From Candidatus Eiseniibacteriota bacterium (GTDB taxonomy: Bacteria > Eisenbacteria > RBG-16-71-46): DNA of 64,000 bases. How positions within the stretch are numbered: the first letter of the stretch is position 1; each line of letters opens with the position of its first letter. Below, one piece after another: positions 48,471 through 57,912 of this stretch. A program made the position numbers and the translations under genes. The notes under the pieces are model-generated. The model ran no database searches, was not told where the DNA came from, and worked only from the letters and a program-made list of their open reading frames with translations. The stretch lies in contig OY970178.1 of NCBI GenBank assembly GCA_963707915.1, positions 2,912,001 to 2,976,000 of the forward strand. Reading direction: 5' to 3'.

Positions 48471-50624
48471 GTGACCGACCTCTCCCTGCACCTCGCTCCG
48501 CACGCACCGTGGCTGCTGCTGGCCGCGACCAGCCTCGTCATCCTGGCGCTGGGCGCCTGGGCCTACCGCATCGCGGTGCCGCCGCTGCCGCGCGGGGCGC
48601 GGCGCCTGCTGCCCGCGCTGCGCATCGCCGCGCTGCTGCTGCTCGCCTGGCTGCTCGGCCAGCCCGTGCTGGAGCACGCGGCGGGCGGGCGGACCCGGGT
48701 GGTCGTGCTGCTGGACCGCTCGGCGAGCATGGATCTGCCGGCGGGGCCGGGCGAGGGGCCACGCAGCGCCTCGGCCGCTCGCGCGGTGAAGGCGCTCGAA
48801 CAGGCGTGGCGCGGCCGGGCGAACGTGAGCGTGCTGCACTTCGCGGCCCGGCTCGGGTCCGATTCGGCGCGCACCGGCGCAGCGCTGGCGGCCGGCGCCA
48901 CGGCGCTGGGCGATGCGCTCGCCGCGCTGGCGGCCGCGCCGGCCGGATCGGACGCGGGCGCGGTCGTGGTGGTGAGCGACGGGGCGGTGAACGCGGGTGA
49001 GGACCCGGTGGCGGCCGCGGGCGCCCTCGGCCTGCCCGTGCACGCGGTGGTCGTGGGCCGCGGTGGAGCGCCCGACCGCGTGGTCACCGAGGTCGAGACG
49101 CCGGACGTGGCGCGCGTGGGGCGGCCCACGATGGTGCGCGCGCGGGTGACCAGCACCGAGGAGCGCGGCGCGCCCATGACCGTGCGCCTGCTGGAGGACG
49201 GCCGCGAGCTGGCGCGCGCGACGGCGGTCGCGCCGGGGAGCGGCGCCGAGGCCACGGCCGAGTTCCAGGTCGTGCCGACGCGGCCCGGGCTCGTGCTCTG
49301 GACCGCGCGCGTGGACTCGCTGTCGGGCGAGCTGACCGTCGCCAACAATGCGCGGCAGCTGGCGGTCGAGGTCGCGCCGGGCCGGCTCGGCGTGCTGCTG
49401 GTGAGCGGTGGCCTCAACTGGGACCTCGCCTTCCTGCGGCGCGGCCTGCTCGGCGACTCGAGCCTGGCGGTGACCACCTTCGTTCGCGAGCGCGGCGGCT
49501 GGCGCGCGCTCGAGCGGCGCGCGGGGCCGGGGGGGGAGCCCTCGGCGGCGAGCCTGCGCGGCCAGGCGGTCGTGGTGCTGGACGCCGTCGCGCCGCTCGA
49601 GGTCGGCGCGGACTTCGACCGGGCGCTGGCGGGTTTCGTGCGCGGGGGCGGCGGGCTGCTGGTGCTCGGCGGCCCCGAGCCGGGCCTCGCCCGCTACGGC
49701 ACGGGGGAGCTGGGGGCCGATCTCGCGGTGAGGCTCGGCGGCTCGCGCGCCGCGCGCGGCGGCACGCCGCAGCCCGCCCTCGAGGCGCGCGAGCTGCTCG
49801 ACTGGGATCCGGACCCGGCGCGCGGGGCGCGGGCGTGGAGCGCGGTCGCGCCGCTGGGCGAAGTGGCGCCGGTGAGCCCGGGGGCGGGCGACCGGGTGCT
49901 GATCGGCTCGGTAGGCGGCGGGCCGCCGCTGCTGATCGGTCGCCACATCGGGCGGGGCCAGGCGTTGCTGGTGAACGGCACGGGCCTGTGGCGCTGGTCG
50001 CTCTCGGGCGTGGACGAGCTCACCGCGGAGCGCGGGCGCGCGCTGTGGCGCCGGCTCGCCCACTGGCTGGCCGAGCCCGCGCAGGCGGAGCCCCTGCGGG
50101 TGCGGCCCGACCGCTGGCTCGCGCCGGGCGGCGAGCCGGTGCGGCTGTTTGCCACGCTGCAGGACTCGGCGTTCCGCCCGGTCGCGGGTGGCGAGGTGAC
50201 GGGCGAGGTGCAGGACGACGCCGGACGGTCGCGCCGGGTGCGGTTCGAGTCGCGCTCGCGCGGCTCGTACGAGGCGGTGCTCGAGGACCTGCCTGCGGCG
50301 CGCTACCGGTTGAGCGCGCGTGCGCTCCGCGGCGGCCGCGAGCTGGGGCGCGCCGCCACCGAGTTCGCCGTGGACCGCTGGAGCCTCGAGCTGGCGCGCA
50401 GCCTGCCCGACAGTGCCGCACTCGCGGCGGTCGCCGTGGCGACCGGCGGGCGCGTCACGGACGCTTCCCGGGTGGAGCGCTGGGCGCGCACGCTGCCGAC
50501 GCGCGCCCTGGCCCGCGGCCGCGTCGAGTCGCGCCGGCTCTGGGAGTCCCCCTGGGTGTTCGCGCTGGTCGTCGCGCTGCTGAGCGTGGAGTGGTTCTGG
50601 CGCCGGCGGCGGGGACTGCCGTAG
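48471..50624 (+). CDS. Membrane protein with vWA (MIDAS), Ig-like and GATase-like domains
   Basis: N-terminal TMs; LLDRSASM, TALGDAL, VVSDG; GGGLLVLGG; LWRW; C-terminal TM ending EWFWRRRRGLP. Confidence 0.75.
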   Translation: MTDLSLHLAPHAPWLLLAATSLVILALGAWAYRIAVPPLPRGARRLLPALRIAALLLLAWLLGQPVLEHAAGGRTRVVVLLDRSASMDLPAGPGEGPRSASAARAVKALEQAWRGRANVSVLHFAARLGSDSARTGAALAAGATALGDALAALAAAPAGSDAGAVVVVSDGAVNAGEDPVAAAGALGLPVHAVVVGRGGAPDRVVTEVETPDVARVGRPTMVRARVTSTEERGAPMTVRLLEDGRELARATAVAPGSGAEATAEFQVVPTRPGLVLWTARVDSLSGELTVANNARQLAVEVAPGRLGVLLVSGGLNWDLAFLRRGLLGDSSLAVTTFVRERGGWRALERRAGPGGEPSAASLRGQAVVVLDAVAPLEVGADFDRALAGFVRGGGGLLVLGGPEPGLARYGTGELGADLAVRLGGSRAARGGTPQPALEARELLDWDPDPARGARAWSAVAPLGEVAPVSPGAGDRVLIGSVGGGPPLLIGRHIGRGQALLVNGTGLWRWSLSGVDELTAERGRALWRRLAHWLAEPAQAEPLRVRPDRWLAPGGEPVRLFATLQDSAFRPVAGGEVTGEVQDDAGRSRRVRFESRSRGSYEAVLEDLPAARYRLSARALRGGRELGRAATEFAVDRWSLELARSLPDSAALAAVAVATGGRVTDASRVERWARTLPTRALARGRVESRRLWESPWVFALVVALLSVEWFWRRRRGLP

Positions 50625-50767
50625 GCGAGCGCGGCCACGATCCGCCGCGGCCCACGGCCCTCCCGCGCACCCGCGACCTGACCGGGACCGAGCCCGGCCG
50701 GACGCCCGCCCGCCCGGCACGCGCGTTGCGATAGACCCGCCGCGTACCGCCCCCGAGGGGAGAGTCC

Positions 50768-52459
50768 ATGCTCCACGGGGGTGTCCTGGCGTGCGCCGCC
50801 GCGAGCGCGCTGGCCGCGTGCGGCGCCGCGGCGATCGCGCCGAAGGGCGCGGCCGCGGCCTGCGCGCCGACGCAGCATCCGCAGGTCGCCGAGGTGCTCT
50901 ACGACGCGATCGGCGACGACACCGGCTGGGAGTTCGTCGAGTTCCACAACCCCTTCGACCGCGCCCTGCCGCTCGCGGGGGCCCGGCTCGAGGCGGGCGA
51001 CGGCTCGGGCCCCGGCCGCTGGACGCTGCGCTGGACCGGCAACGCCGTGGACAGTGTCCCCGCCGGTGGACGCTTCGTCGTGGGCGGCGCGAAGGTCCTG
51101 CCGTATCCGCAGGCGGTCGTGACCCTCGAGCTGCAGAACGGGCCCGACGCGCTCCGCGTGGTCTGGCCGGACGGCACGGTCGAGGTGGTGGGCTACGGCG
51201 CGCACGAGTTCGCCGAGTACTCCTGCGGCGCGCCGGCCGTCGACGTCGCCCCGGGGCAGTCGCTGGCCCGCGTCCCGGACGGCGCCGACCTGGGGAGCAA
51301 CGCGGCCGACTTCCGCGCCGCCGTGCCCTCGCCCGGGCGGCCGAACCAGCCGCAGCGTGACCTGGCGGTGCCGGCCGGCTCGCTGGCGCTGACTCCCGGG
51401 CAGCCGGAGCCCGGGGCCGCCGCGCGGCTCACGGGCCGGATCGAGAACCGCGGCGCCACCGCGGTCGCGGCCGGCGAGGCGATGCTGGTCGCGGCCGCGA
51501 CCGCCCCCCCGGCGGCGGGCGAGGTGCCGCTCTTCGCACGCGCCGTCGGCGTGGCGCTGGCTTCCGGCGACACCGTCGTGTTCGACGAGCCGCTGGCGCT
51601 CGAGGCGGGCAAGTGGCGGTTGCGGCTCGCGGTGGCGCTGCCGGGTGACGAAACCCCGGCCAACGACGCCGACTCGCTGCTGGTGCGCGCGGGGGCGGGC
51701 CCGCTCGAGGCGACCGAGATCCAGTTCCACCCGGCCGCGGGCGAGGGCGAGTGGGTCGAGGTGCGGAACCGCTCCGGGGCGCCGCTCGACCTGCGCGGCT
51801 TCACGCTCGCGGACCGCGGGAGCGCGCGCGGGGTCCCGGCGGACGGCGAGGGCGCGCTCGCGCCCGAGAGCCTCGCCGTGCTGGCGCAGGACCGCGCGGC
51901 GCTGCTGGGGATGTTCCCCGCGCTCGACGCGCGCCGGGTGTGGAGCGCGCGACCCTGGTCGACCCTCAACAACTCGGACGACTCCACGGGCTTCGCCGAC
52001 GCGGTGGTCCTGCGCGAGGTGGACGGCACGCTCTGCCAGCGCGTGGACTACTCGGCGGCCGGCGTGCCGGCGGGCGTGCCGCTCGAGTGGCGCGACGGCG
52101 GCTGGTGGCCGGCCTCCGAACCGGCGGGCACGCCGCTGCGTCCCCCGCAGTCCCGCGCGCCGCTCGCGCGGCGCTTCGAGCTCGCGCCGCGGCGGTTGCG
52201 CGTGGGCGGATCGGCGACGCTGACCTGGGACCTGCCCTGGTCGCGCGCCCGTATCGCGTTGGAGCTCTACGACTTGGCAGGGCGCCTCGTGGCCCGTCCG
52301 CTGGGCGAGTCGCTGGTCCCGCCGCGCGGGGAGCGGGCGTGGTCGCCCGGCGCGGTGGCTCCCGGGCTCTATGTCGCGCTGGCCCGTGCGCGGCCGGACG
52401 GGAGCGGGGACTGGATCGTCGAGCGCAGCGCGGTGCACATCGACGGGAGCGCGCGATGA
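50768..52459 (+). CDS. Secreted lamin-tail-domain protein (2 LTD + CARDB-like + CTD-like)
   Basis: EVLYD...EFVEFHN and EIQF...EWVEVRN LTD motifs; LQNG.D, LNNS.D; IENRG; LYDLAGRLV, PGLY. Confidence 0.72.
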   Translation: MLHGGVLACAAASALAACGAAAIAPKGAAAACAPTQHPQVAEVLYDAIGDDTGWEFVEFHNPFDRALPLAGARLEAGDGSGPGRWTLRWTGNAVDSVPAGGRFVVGGAKVLPYPQAVVTLELQNGPDALRVVWPDGTVEVVGYGAHEFAEYSCGAPAVDVAPGQSLARVPDGADLGSNAADFRAAVPSPGRPNQPQRDLAVPAGSLALTPGQPEPGAAARLTGRIENRGATAVAAGEAMLVAAATAPPAAGEVPLFARAVGVALASGDTVVFDEPLALEAGKWRLRLAVALPGDETPANDADSLLVRAGAGPLEATEIQFHPAAGEGEWVEVRNRSGAPLDLRGFTLADRGSARGVPADGEGALAPESLAVLAQDRAALLGMFPALDARRVWSARPWSTLNNSDDSTGFADAVVLREVDGTLCQRVDYSAAGVPAGVPLEWRDGGWWPASEPAGTPLRPPQSRAPLARRFELAPRRLRVGGSATLTWDLPWSRARIALELYDLAGRLVARPLGESLVPPRGERAWSPGAVAPGLYVALARARPDGSGDWIVERSAVHIDGSAR

Positions 52460-53262
52460 CGCCGGCGCGCGTGGCGCTGCTCGCGCTGGCCGTGTCGCTG
52501 GCGCCGGTGGCGCGCGCCGGAGCACAGGACTTCTTGGGCGTCGCGCCGCCGGGGCCGGTGTCTGCCCCGGGCGCCTTCATCGAGAGCGGCCTGCCTGGCG
52601 CAAGCGCGGGATCCGCGCTCGACGCGACGTACACGAGCTGGTTCGGCCTGCCCGAGCTCGAGACCCGCGCGCTGGCCGGCGGCGCCGGCTGGCGGCCGGT
52701 GCGCGTCGCGGCCGGCGTCTCGCAGACCGGCGCGCCGGATCTCGGCTGGAGCGCCGTCGGGCTGGCGGGCGGCGTGGCGCGCCCCGCCGGCGGCGCGGGC
52801 CTGCGCGCGGTGGCGCGACGGGAACGCGCGATCGCGCCGGGCAGCGCGGCGGCCGCGCGGCTCGACGCCCGGGTGGGCGTGGAGGTGGGCTGGGGAGCGT
52901 GGCTCGAGGCGGCGCGCGGATGGCGGGTCTGGGCCGCGGTGCCGCAGTCGTGGTGCGCGGGCACCGCGCCGCCGCTCGATCGTCCACTCGAGATCGGCGG
53001 GCAGTACGAGAGTGACGGCCTTGCCCTCTGGCTGACGCGCTCGGCCCCGTCCGGCGGGGCGGAGGCCGACCACGGTGCGGGCGTTGCGCTGCGCTCGGGG
53101 CCCCTGCTCGCGTGGGCCTCGGTGCGTGACCGGCCGCTGCGCGGCGGCGTGGGGCTGACGGCGTCGGTCCGGCGGCTGTCCGTGGCCGCGATGGTCGAGA
53201 GCCATCCCGAGCTGGGCGAGACGCTGCGACTCGCGCTCGGTCTCGCCGGCGCGGCACGGTGA
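52456..53262 (+). CDS. Hypothetical exported protein, predicted outer-membrane beta-rich
   Basis: ATGA overlap; signal peptide; alternating beta pattern; YTSWFGLPEL, HPELG motifs. Confidence 0.55.
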   Translation: MTPARVALLALAVSLAPVARAGAQDFLGVAPPGPVSAPGAFIESGLPGASAGSALDATYTSWFGLPELETRALAGGAGWRPVRVAAGVSQTGAPDLGWSAVGLAGGVARPAGGAGLRAVARRERAIAPGSAAAARLDARVGVEVGWGAWLEAARGWRVWAAVPQSWCAGTAPPLDRPLEIGGQYESDGLALWLTRSAPSGGAEADHGAGVALRSGPLLAWASVRDRPLRGGVGLTASVRRLSVAAMVESHPELGETLRLALGLAGAAR

Positions 53263-54713
53263 CGGGCGTGTTCCCGGCCGCGGTGCGGGCGAGCACCGTC
53301 CGTCGCGGGGCGGCCCGCGCGGCGCCGCTCACGCTCGCGCTCGCCACCGCGATGCTCGCCGCGCTCCTCGGCGCGGACGCCGCCCGCGCGCAGCTCGCGC
53401 CCGACTCCACCGGGTACGTCGAGCCGCCACCCGAGGAGCCCGAGGGGGCGGACTACGAGGTCGAGTCCGCCGACTCGCTGGCCGAGGGCGCGATCGAGCT
53501 GGGCATGGGCGCTTCGGGCCGCGCGGGATCGAGGCCGCGACAGACGCGGCGCGTGCGCTTCAACGACCGCACGCTGGGCGGCTCGGTGCGCGAGGGCGAG
53601 GGCGATCCGCTCGCCGGTGGCTCGATCGAGACCGGCGTTCCGGCCGGACGCGCGGGCGTGGGACGCCTCGCACCGCGCTGGGGACGCGGCCTGCTGCTGG
53701 GCGCGGCGGCCGAGCCGTGGAGCACGGCCGCCAGCGATCGCGGCGCCGGCGCGCCGTTCCGCGGTCGCGCGGGGCGCGGCGCCTGGTACCGGGTGGGGGA
53801 GAGCGGGGCGCTCGAGACGCTCTACGGGCGCTTCGGGAAGCGCGACCTCGCGGGCGGCCGCGTGCGAGCCGGCCCGCTCGGCCTCGGTGTCCTCGCCGAC
53901 CGCGGTGGCGACGCGCAGGCCAGCCTCAGCGTCTGCCGGGGCGCGGCCGAGCACGAGCTGGCGCTCGACCGTTCCGGCCGGTGGCGCGCCGAGGCGGCGC
54001 TCGAGCGGAGCGCGGGCACGCGCGCGCTGGCGGCCCGGGTGCGCGGCGGAACGCCGGGCCTGCGCTCGCTGGCCGAGCCGCTCCGCAGCGGACCGGCGAG
54101 CGCGCTCGCCGTGGAGCTGCGCGACGACGTGCGCTGGGGCCGCGTGTGCGCGCAGGCCGCGCTCTGGCGCTTCGCCCCGGGCCGCGGCGGCGCTCGCGCG
54201 GCGCTCGAGGTGCGGCGTCGCCTCGGGCCGCGCGGGTCCGTCGCGGCGGGCTTCGAGGAACGGCACGGCACGCCGCGCGAGAGCGGGCGCATCCCGGGAT
54301 TCCGCCAGGGCGGCTGGGGCGAGTGGCGGGGCGAAGCGGCCGGCCTCGCGCTCGCGCTGCGCCACGAGGTGCTGGGCGCCGAGCGGCTCGGCCGGGACGC
54401 GGTGCGCACCGTGACGGCGGCGCTGGCCGAGATCGCGGGACCGGCCGGGAGCGGGCTGCGCATCACCCACTGCGTCTATCGCGTGCGGTCCGGCGAGAGC
54501 CTCTACCTGATCGAGACCGCGAGCGATCGGGTCGTCCTGCGGGCGGTCTCCGGCACCGGGCGGCGCACGCGCGTGGAGCTGCGCGCGCCGGGTGCCGGGG
54601 GCCGCGTCCAGGCGACGCTCGAGCTGCAGGGCGTCGCCGGTGTCCCGGCCGGAGCGGTACGACCACGCTGGACGCTGGACTGGACACGGCGTGCTCAGGG
54701 CGCCGGCCGGTAG
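53259..54713 (+). CDS. Hypothetical exported protein, predicted outer-membrane beta-barrel
   Basis: GTGA overlap; signal-like hydrophobic stretch; amphipathic beta strands; WGRGLLLG. Confidence 0.55.
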   Translation: MTGVFPAAVRASTVRRGAARAAPLTLALATAMLAALLGADAARAQLAPDSTGYVEPPPEEPEGADYEVESADSLAEGAIELGMGASGRAGSRPRQTRRVRFNDRTLGGSVREGEGDPLAGGSIETGVPAGRAGVGRLAPRWGRGLLLGAAAEPWSTAASDRGAGAPFRGRAGRGAWYRVGESGALETLYGRFGKRDLAGGRVRAGPLGLGVLADRGGDAQASLSVCRGAAEHELALDRSGRWRAEAALERSAGTRALAARVRGGTPGLRSLAEPLRSGPASALAVELRDDVRWGRVCAQAALWRFAPGRGGARAALEVRRRLGPRGSVAAGFEERHGTPRESGRIPGFRQGGWGEWRGEAAGLALALRHEVLGAERLGRDAVRTVTAALAEIAGPAGSGLRITHCVYRVRSGESLYLIETASDRVVLRAVSGTGRRTRVELRAPGAGGRVQATLELQGVAGVPAGAVRPRWTLDWTRRAQGAGR

Positions 54714-54875
54714 CGAACGAAGCGTCGAGGCACCCGCGCTCCGCCCGACGATGGCAGCCGCCGCGCCGCCACGCCACTTCGGGGCGAGCGCCGGGCATCG
54801 CACCGACGGTGGTACGGGGCGTGCAGGACTCGGCGGACGTCACGCCCCCGTCACCTGCCCCCGTGGGGATGCACC

Positions 54876-55514
54876 ATGCACCTGGCCGTCGCGTACCTCG
54901 CTCTCGTCATCGCGATCCTCCGCCCGCCCGTTGGCCCCACCCCACTCGCGCAGGCCGGGTCCGGCCTGCTGCTCAACGAGTTCGTCGCCGGACCGGCGCG
55001 GGACTGGGACGGCAACGGGACGGTCTCGACCCGTGACGACGAGTGGATCGAGGTCTACAACGCCGGACCCGAGACGCTCGACCTCTCGTCCTTCCTGCTC
55101 ACCGACGGCGACCGGCTGCCGCGCTACGCCTTCGGCGGTACGCTGGCGGTCGGCGAACGGCGGGTGGTGTTCGGCAAGCAGTCCTACGACTGGGAGAAGG
55201 CCAACGGCCACCCGGCCTACGGGCTCTCGCTCTCGAACACCAGCGACACCGTGATGCTCTGGCAGGTCACCGGGACCGACACGCTGCTGGTGGACTCCTA
55301 CGCCTACCTGAGCCACGAGGCCGCCGCCGACCGCTCCGTGGGGCGCAGGCCGGACGGCGGGCCCTGGGCGCTCTTCGACGGGCTCAACCCCTACGTCGGC
55401 ACCACGCCGCCGCTGGGCACGAACTGCATGCCCACGCCCGGGCTCGCCAACGTCTGCGACGACACCCCGGCACAGGCCCCGACCTGGGGGAGGCTCAAGA
55501 GCCGGTACCGGTGA
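54876..55514 (+). CDS. Lamin-tail-domain protein ending in TWGRLKSRYR
   Basis: Signal peptide; LLNEF, DWDGNG, DEWIEVYN, LSNTSD, SVGRRPDG, PTPG..N. Confidence 0.78.
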   Translation: MHLAVAYLALVIAILRPPVGPTPLAQAGSGLLLNEFVAGPARDWDGNGTVSTRDDEWIEVYNAGPETLDLSSFLLTDGDRLPRYAFGGTLAVGERRVVFGKQSYDWEKANGHPAYGLSLSNTSDTVMLWQVTGTDTLLVDSYAYLSHEAAADRSVGRRPDGGPWALFDGLNPYVGTTPPLGTNCMPTPGLANVCDDTPAQAPTWGRLKSRYR

Positions 55515-55678
55515 TCGGATACGTCCCGCCGGCAAACGGAGCGGGCCGCGCACGGGGCTCATGATGGCTCCGGGGGACGGCTCGATGCCGACGCTGATCG
55601 TGGGGTACGCCATCGAGCGGGCCGAGCCCTGAGCGGGCGGGCCCACGGGGCCTGCCCGGGAGCGGCTCCGGATGACAT

Positions 55679-55717
55679 GGCGAGGGCGTCGCGAACCCGG
55701 TCCGCGACGCCCTCGCC
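55679..55717. terminator. Hairpin between convergent genes
   Basis: Perfect 15-bp stem GGCGAGGGCGTCGCG / CGCGACGCCCTCGCC. Confidence 0.6.
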
Positions 55718-55733
55718 CCATCCTTCGATCGAG

Positions 55734-56702
55734 CTACTTGTACAGCGCCTTGAGCTGACCCCAGGTGGTGGTCTTCGCGGCCACCGGGATCGTGCCGAAC
55801 ACCTGGATGCGGTGATTGCCGCTGTCCGACACGAAGATGTTGCCGCTGGCATCCACGGCCACGCCGGTCGGGGTCCGGAGCTGGCCGTCCCCGCTGCCCA
55901 GGACGCCCCACTTGGCGACGAAGGCGCCGCTGCTGCTGAGCTTCTGGATCCGGTTGTTGCCGCTGTCCGCGACGTAGAGGTTGCCCTCGGCGTCCACCGC
56001 CATGCCCCGCGGGCTGTAGAACTTCCCGTCGGTGGAGCCCGGACCCGGGTAGCCCCAGTAGTCGAGTTCATTGCCGTCGCCGTCGAAGATCTCGATGTAG
56101 TGGGTGTTCGAGCACGAGACGAAGACGTTGCCGGATCCATCCGCCGCCACGCCCCACGGGTTCTCGCCGAACACGCCCCACTGCGTCACGTAGACGCCTT
56201 CGCCGGTGAACCGCTGGATGCGCTTGTTGTAGTAGTCCGCGACGTAGACGTTGGTCCCGCTGGGATCGACCGCCACGCCCCTGGGGTAGTTGAACTGCCC
56301 GTTCCCCGTGCCGCGGGAGCCCCACTGGGTCAGACGGGTGCCACTGCTGGTGTACTTCACGATGCGATTGTTGTAGGTGTCCGCGACGTAGACGTTGCCG
56401 CTGCCGTCGATCGCCACGGCCGAGGGGTAGTTGAACTGCCCGATCCCGGTGCCGGGCATGCCCCACTGGGTCAGGAAGCCGCCCAGGGCGTCGAACTCCT
56501 GGATGCGGTAGTTGCTGGCGTCTGCCACGTAGAGGTTGCCGGTCGCGTCGATGGCCACCCCCTGCGGGCTGTTGAACTGCCCGGCCCCGCTACCGAGGGT
56601 GCCCCACTGCCTCAGGTAGTCGTACTGTGCGTTCGCCACGGCGGGAAGCAGTGCGGCGGCGAGGACCAGGGTGAGCAGAAGACGAGTAGCGCGCGTTTTC
56701 AT
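55734..56702 (-). CDS. Secreted NHL-repeat beta-propeller protein ending in TTWGQLKALYK
   Basis: GGAGG RBS; signal peptide ending ANA; six GQFNxPxGVAxDxxGNxYVADxxNxRI repeats. Confidence 0.9.
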   Translation of the reverse strand: MKTRATRLLLTLVLAAALLPAVANAQYDYLRQWGTLGSGAGQFNSPQGVAIDATGNLYVADASNYRIQEFDALGGFLTQWGMPGTGIGQFNYPSAVAIDGSGNVYVADTYNNRIVKYTSSGTRLTQWGSRGTGNGQFNYPRGVAVDPSGTNVYVADYYNKRIQRFTGEGVYVTQWGVFGENPWGVAADGSGNVFVSCSNTHYIEIFDGDGNELDYWGYPGPGSTDGKFYSPRGMAVDAEGNLYVADSGNNRIQKLSSSGAFVAKWGVLGSGDGQLRTPTGVAVDASGNIFVSDSGNHRIQVFGTIPVAAKTTTWGQLKALYK

Positions 56703-57180
56703 GGCGACCTCCGAGGGGTAGAAGTAGGAGTGGACCGGCCGAACTGGCCCGGTCGATGAACCAATTGTTGCACGCCCGATGCTGGGGCCTGTCCGAGTAG
56801 TGCCCGGCGCAGGAAAACGGCCACCAAGATGGCCTGATGCGCTACGACCGCGGGTCGGGGGTGCCCGGTTGCCCGGCGCCGAAGCGCCGGGAGTCAGTCC
56901 GTGTCCGTCCGCGGGCAATTGCCGGGTCCCGTCTCCCGGCATCATCGCGCTGTTGATCCGCCCGGAACGACTTCGACTCAGCTTGCGCCGACGGTCAGGG
57001 GGTGCCGTGGGACGCGGCCGCGGCCGAGGAGAGGGAGGGCCAAACCCTGGCCGTTGGGCCAATGATACACCCCGGTTGAGTGCGGTACCAGCCCAATCTC
57101 CCCCGATCTGCCCCGACCGGCGGATCGCGCGGCGCCGTCCGGAGCCCCTCCGGCGGTGGGCGGGGCCGGCCCGGCCCGCG

Positions 57181-57210
57181 TTGACGCTCGGCGCCCCGAG
57201 ACCCTATAGT
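57181..57210 (+). promoter_or_regulatory. Sigma70-type promoter of tRNA-Leu
   Basis: TTGACG-N18-TATAGT, 18 nt before the tRNA. Confidence 0.7.
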
Positions 57211-57228
57211 CCTGCCCGCCGTTCATCT

Positions 57229-57315
57229 GCGGAAGTGGCGGAACTGGCAGACGCACATGATTCAGGGTCATGCGCCCGCAAGGGTGTGGGGGTTCAAATC
57301 CCCCCTTCCGCACCA
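57229..57315 (+). tRNA. tRNA-Leu(CAG)
   Basis: Acceptor GCGGAAG/CTTCCGC + ACCA; D-arm TGGCGGAACTGGCAGACGC; anticodon stem CATGA/TCATG with loop TT-CAG-GG; long variable arm; GGTTCAAATCC. Confidence 0.97.
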
Positions 57316-57408
57316 AACTCCCACCTCTCGGGTGGACGCCTTCCCGCCACCGGGCGGGTCAAGGCGGTCGTGTCCGTCCCACCGCCGGACCCGCGGACGG
57401 TTCCTGCC

Positions 57409-57912
57409 ATGACTCGTGAAGAACGCAGACCGGCCACCGAGCGGACCCGGGGACCCTCGCCCGAGGACCGCCTGGTCGCGCAGAACCGGCGCGCAAGCCA
57501 CGACTATTTCATCCTCGAGACCTACGAAGCGGGCCTGGTGCTGCGCGGCACCGAGGTCAAGAGCCTGCGCGGGGGCAAGGCCAGCCTGGCCGAGGCCTAC
57601 GCCACGGTGGATGGCAGCGAGGCCTGGGTGCTGCAGCTGCACATCCCGCCCTACGAGCAGGGCAACCGCGCGAACCCCGACCCGCTGCGCAAGCGCAAGC
57701 TCCTGCTGCACCGCGCGCAGATCGCCGAGCTGAAGGACGCGGTGGCGCGCAAGGGCCAGACGCTGGTGCCGCTCAAGCTCTACTTCGCGCGGGGCAACGC
57801 CAAGCTCCTGATCGGCGTGGGCAAGGGCAAGAAGAACGTCGACAAGCGCCACGCGATCGCCGAGCGTGACGCGAAGCGCGAGATGGACCGCGCACGGCGA
57901 GGCTCGCGCTGA
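57409..57912 (+). CDS. smpB: SsrA-binding protein SmpB
   Basis: NRRASHDY, EAGLVLRGTEVKSLR, HIPPY, RKRKLLLH, LVPLKLYF, KGKK..DKR. Confidence 0.96.
   Translation: MTREERRPATERTRGPSPEDRLVAQNRRASHDYFILETYEAGLVLRGTEVKSLRGGKASLAEAYATVDGSEAWVLQLHIPPYEQGNRANPDPLRKRKLLLHRAQIAELKDAVARKGQTLVPLKLYFARGNAKLLIGVGKGKKNVDKRHAIAERDAKREMDRARRGSR

Noticed and set aside
55561..55632. Small ORF MMAPGDGSMPTLIVGYAIERAEP between convergent genes
   Set aside because: 23 aa, weak RBS, no recognisable motif; cannot be supported
56703..57180. Possible tmRNA or c-di-GMP-II riboswitch near smpB and the NHL gene
   Set aside because: No tmRNA termini or tag frame; only scattered GGGCAC/GTGCAAC matches on the minus strand
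57229..57410. tRNA-Leu as an integration site
   Set aside because: No integrase and no duplicated tRNA 3' end seen; smpB follows directly
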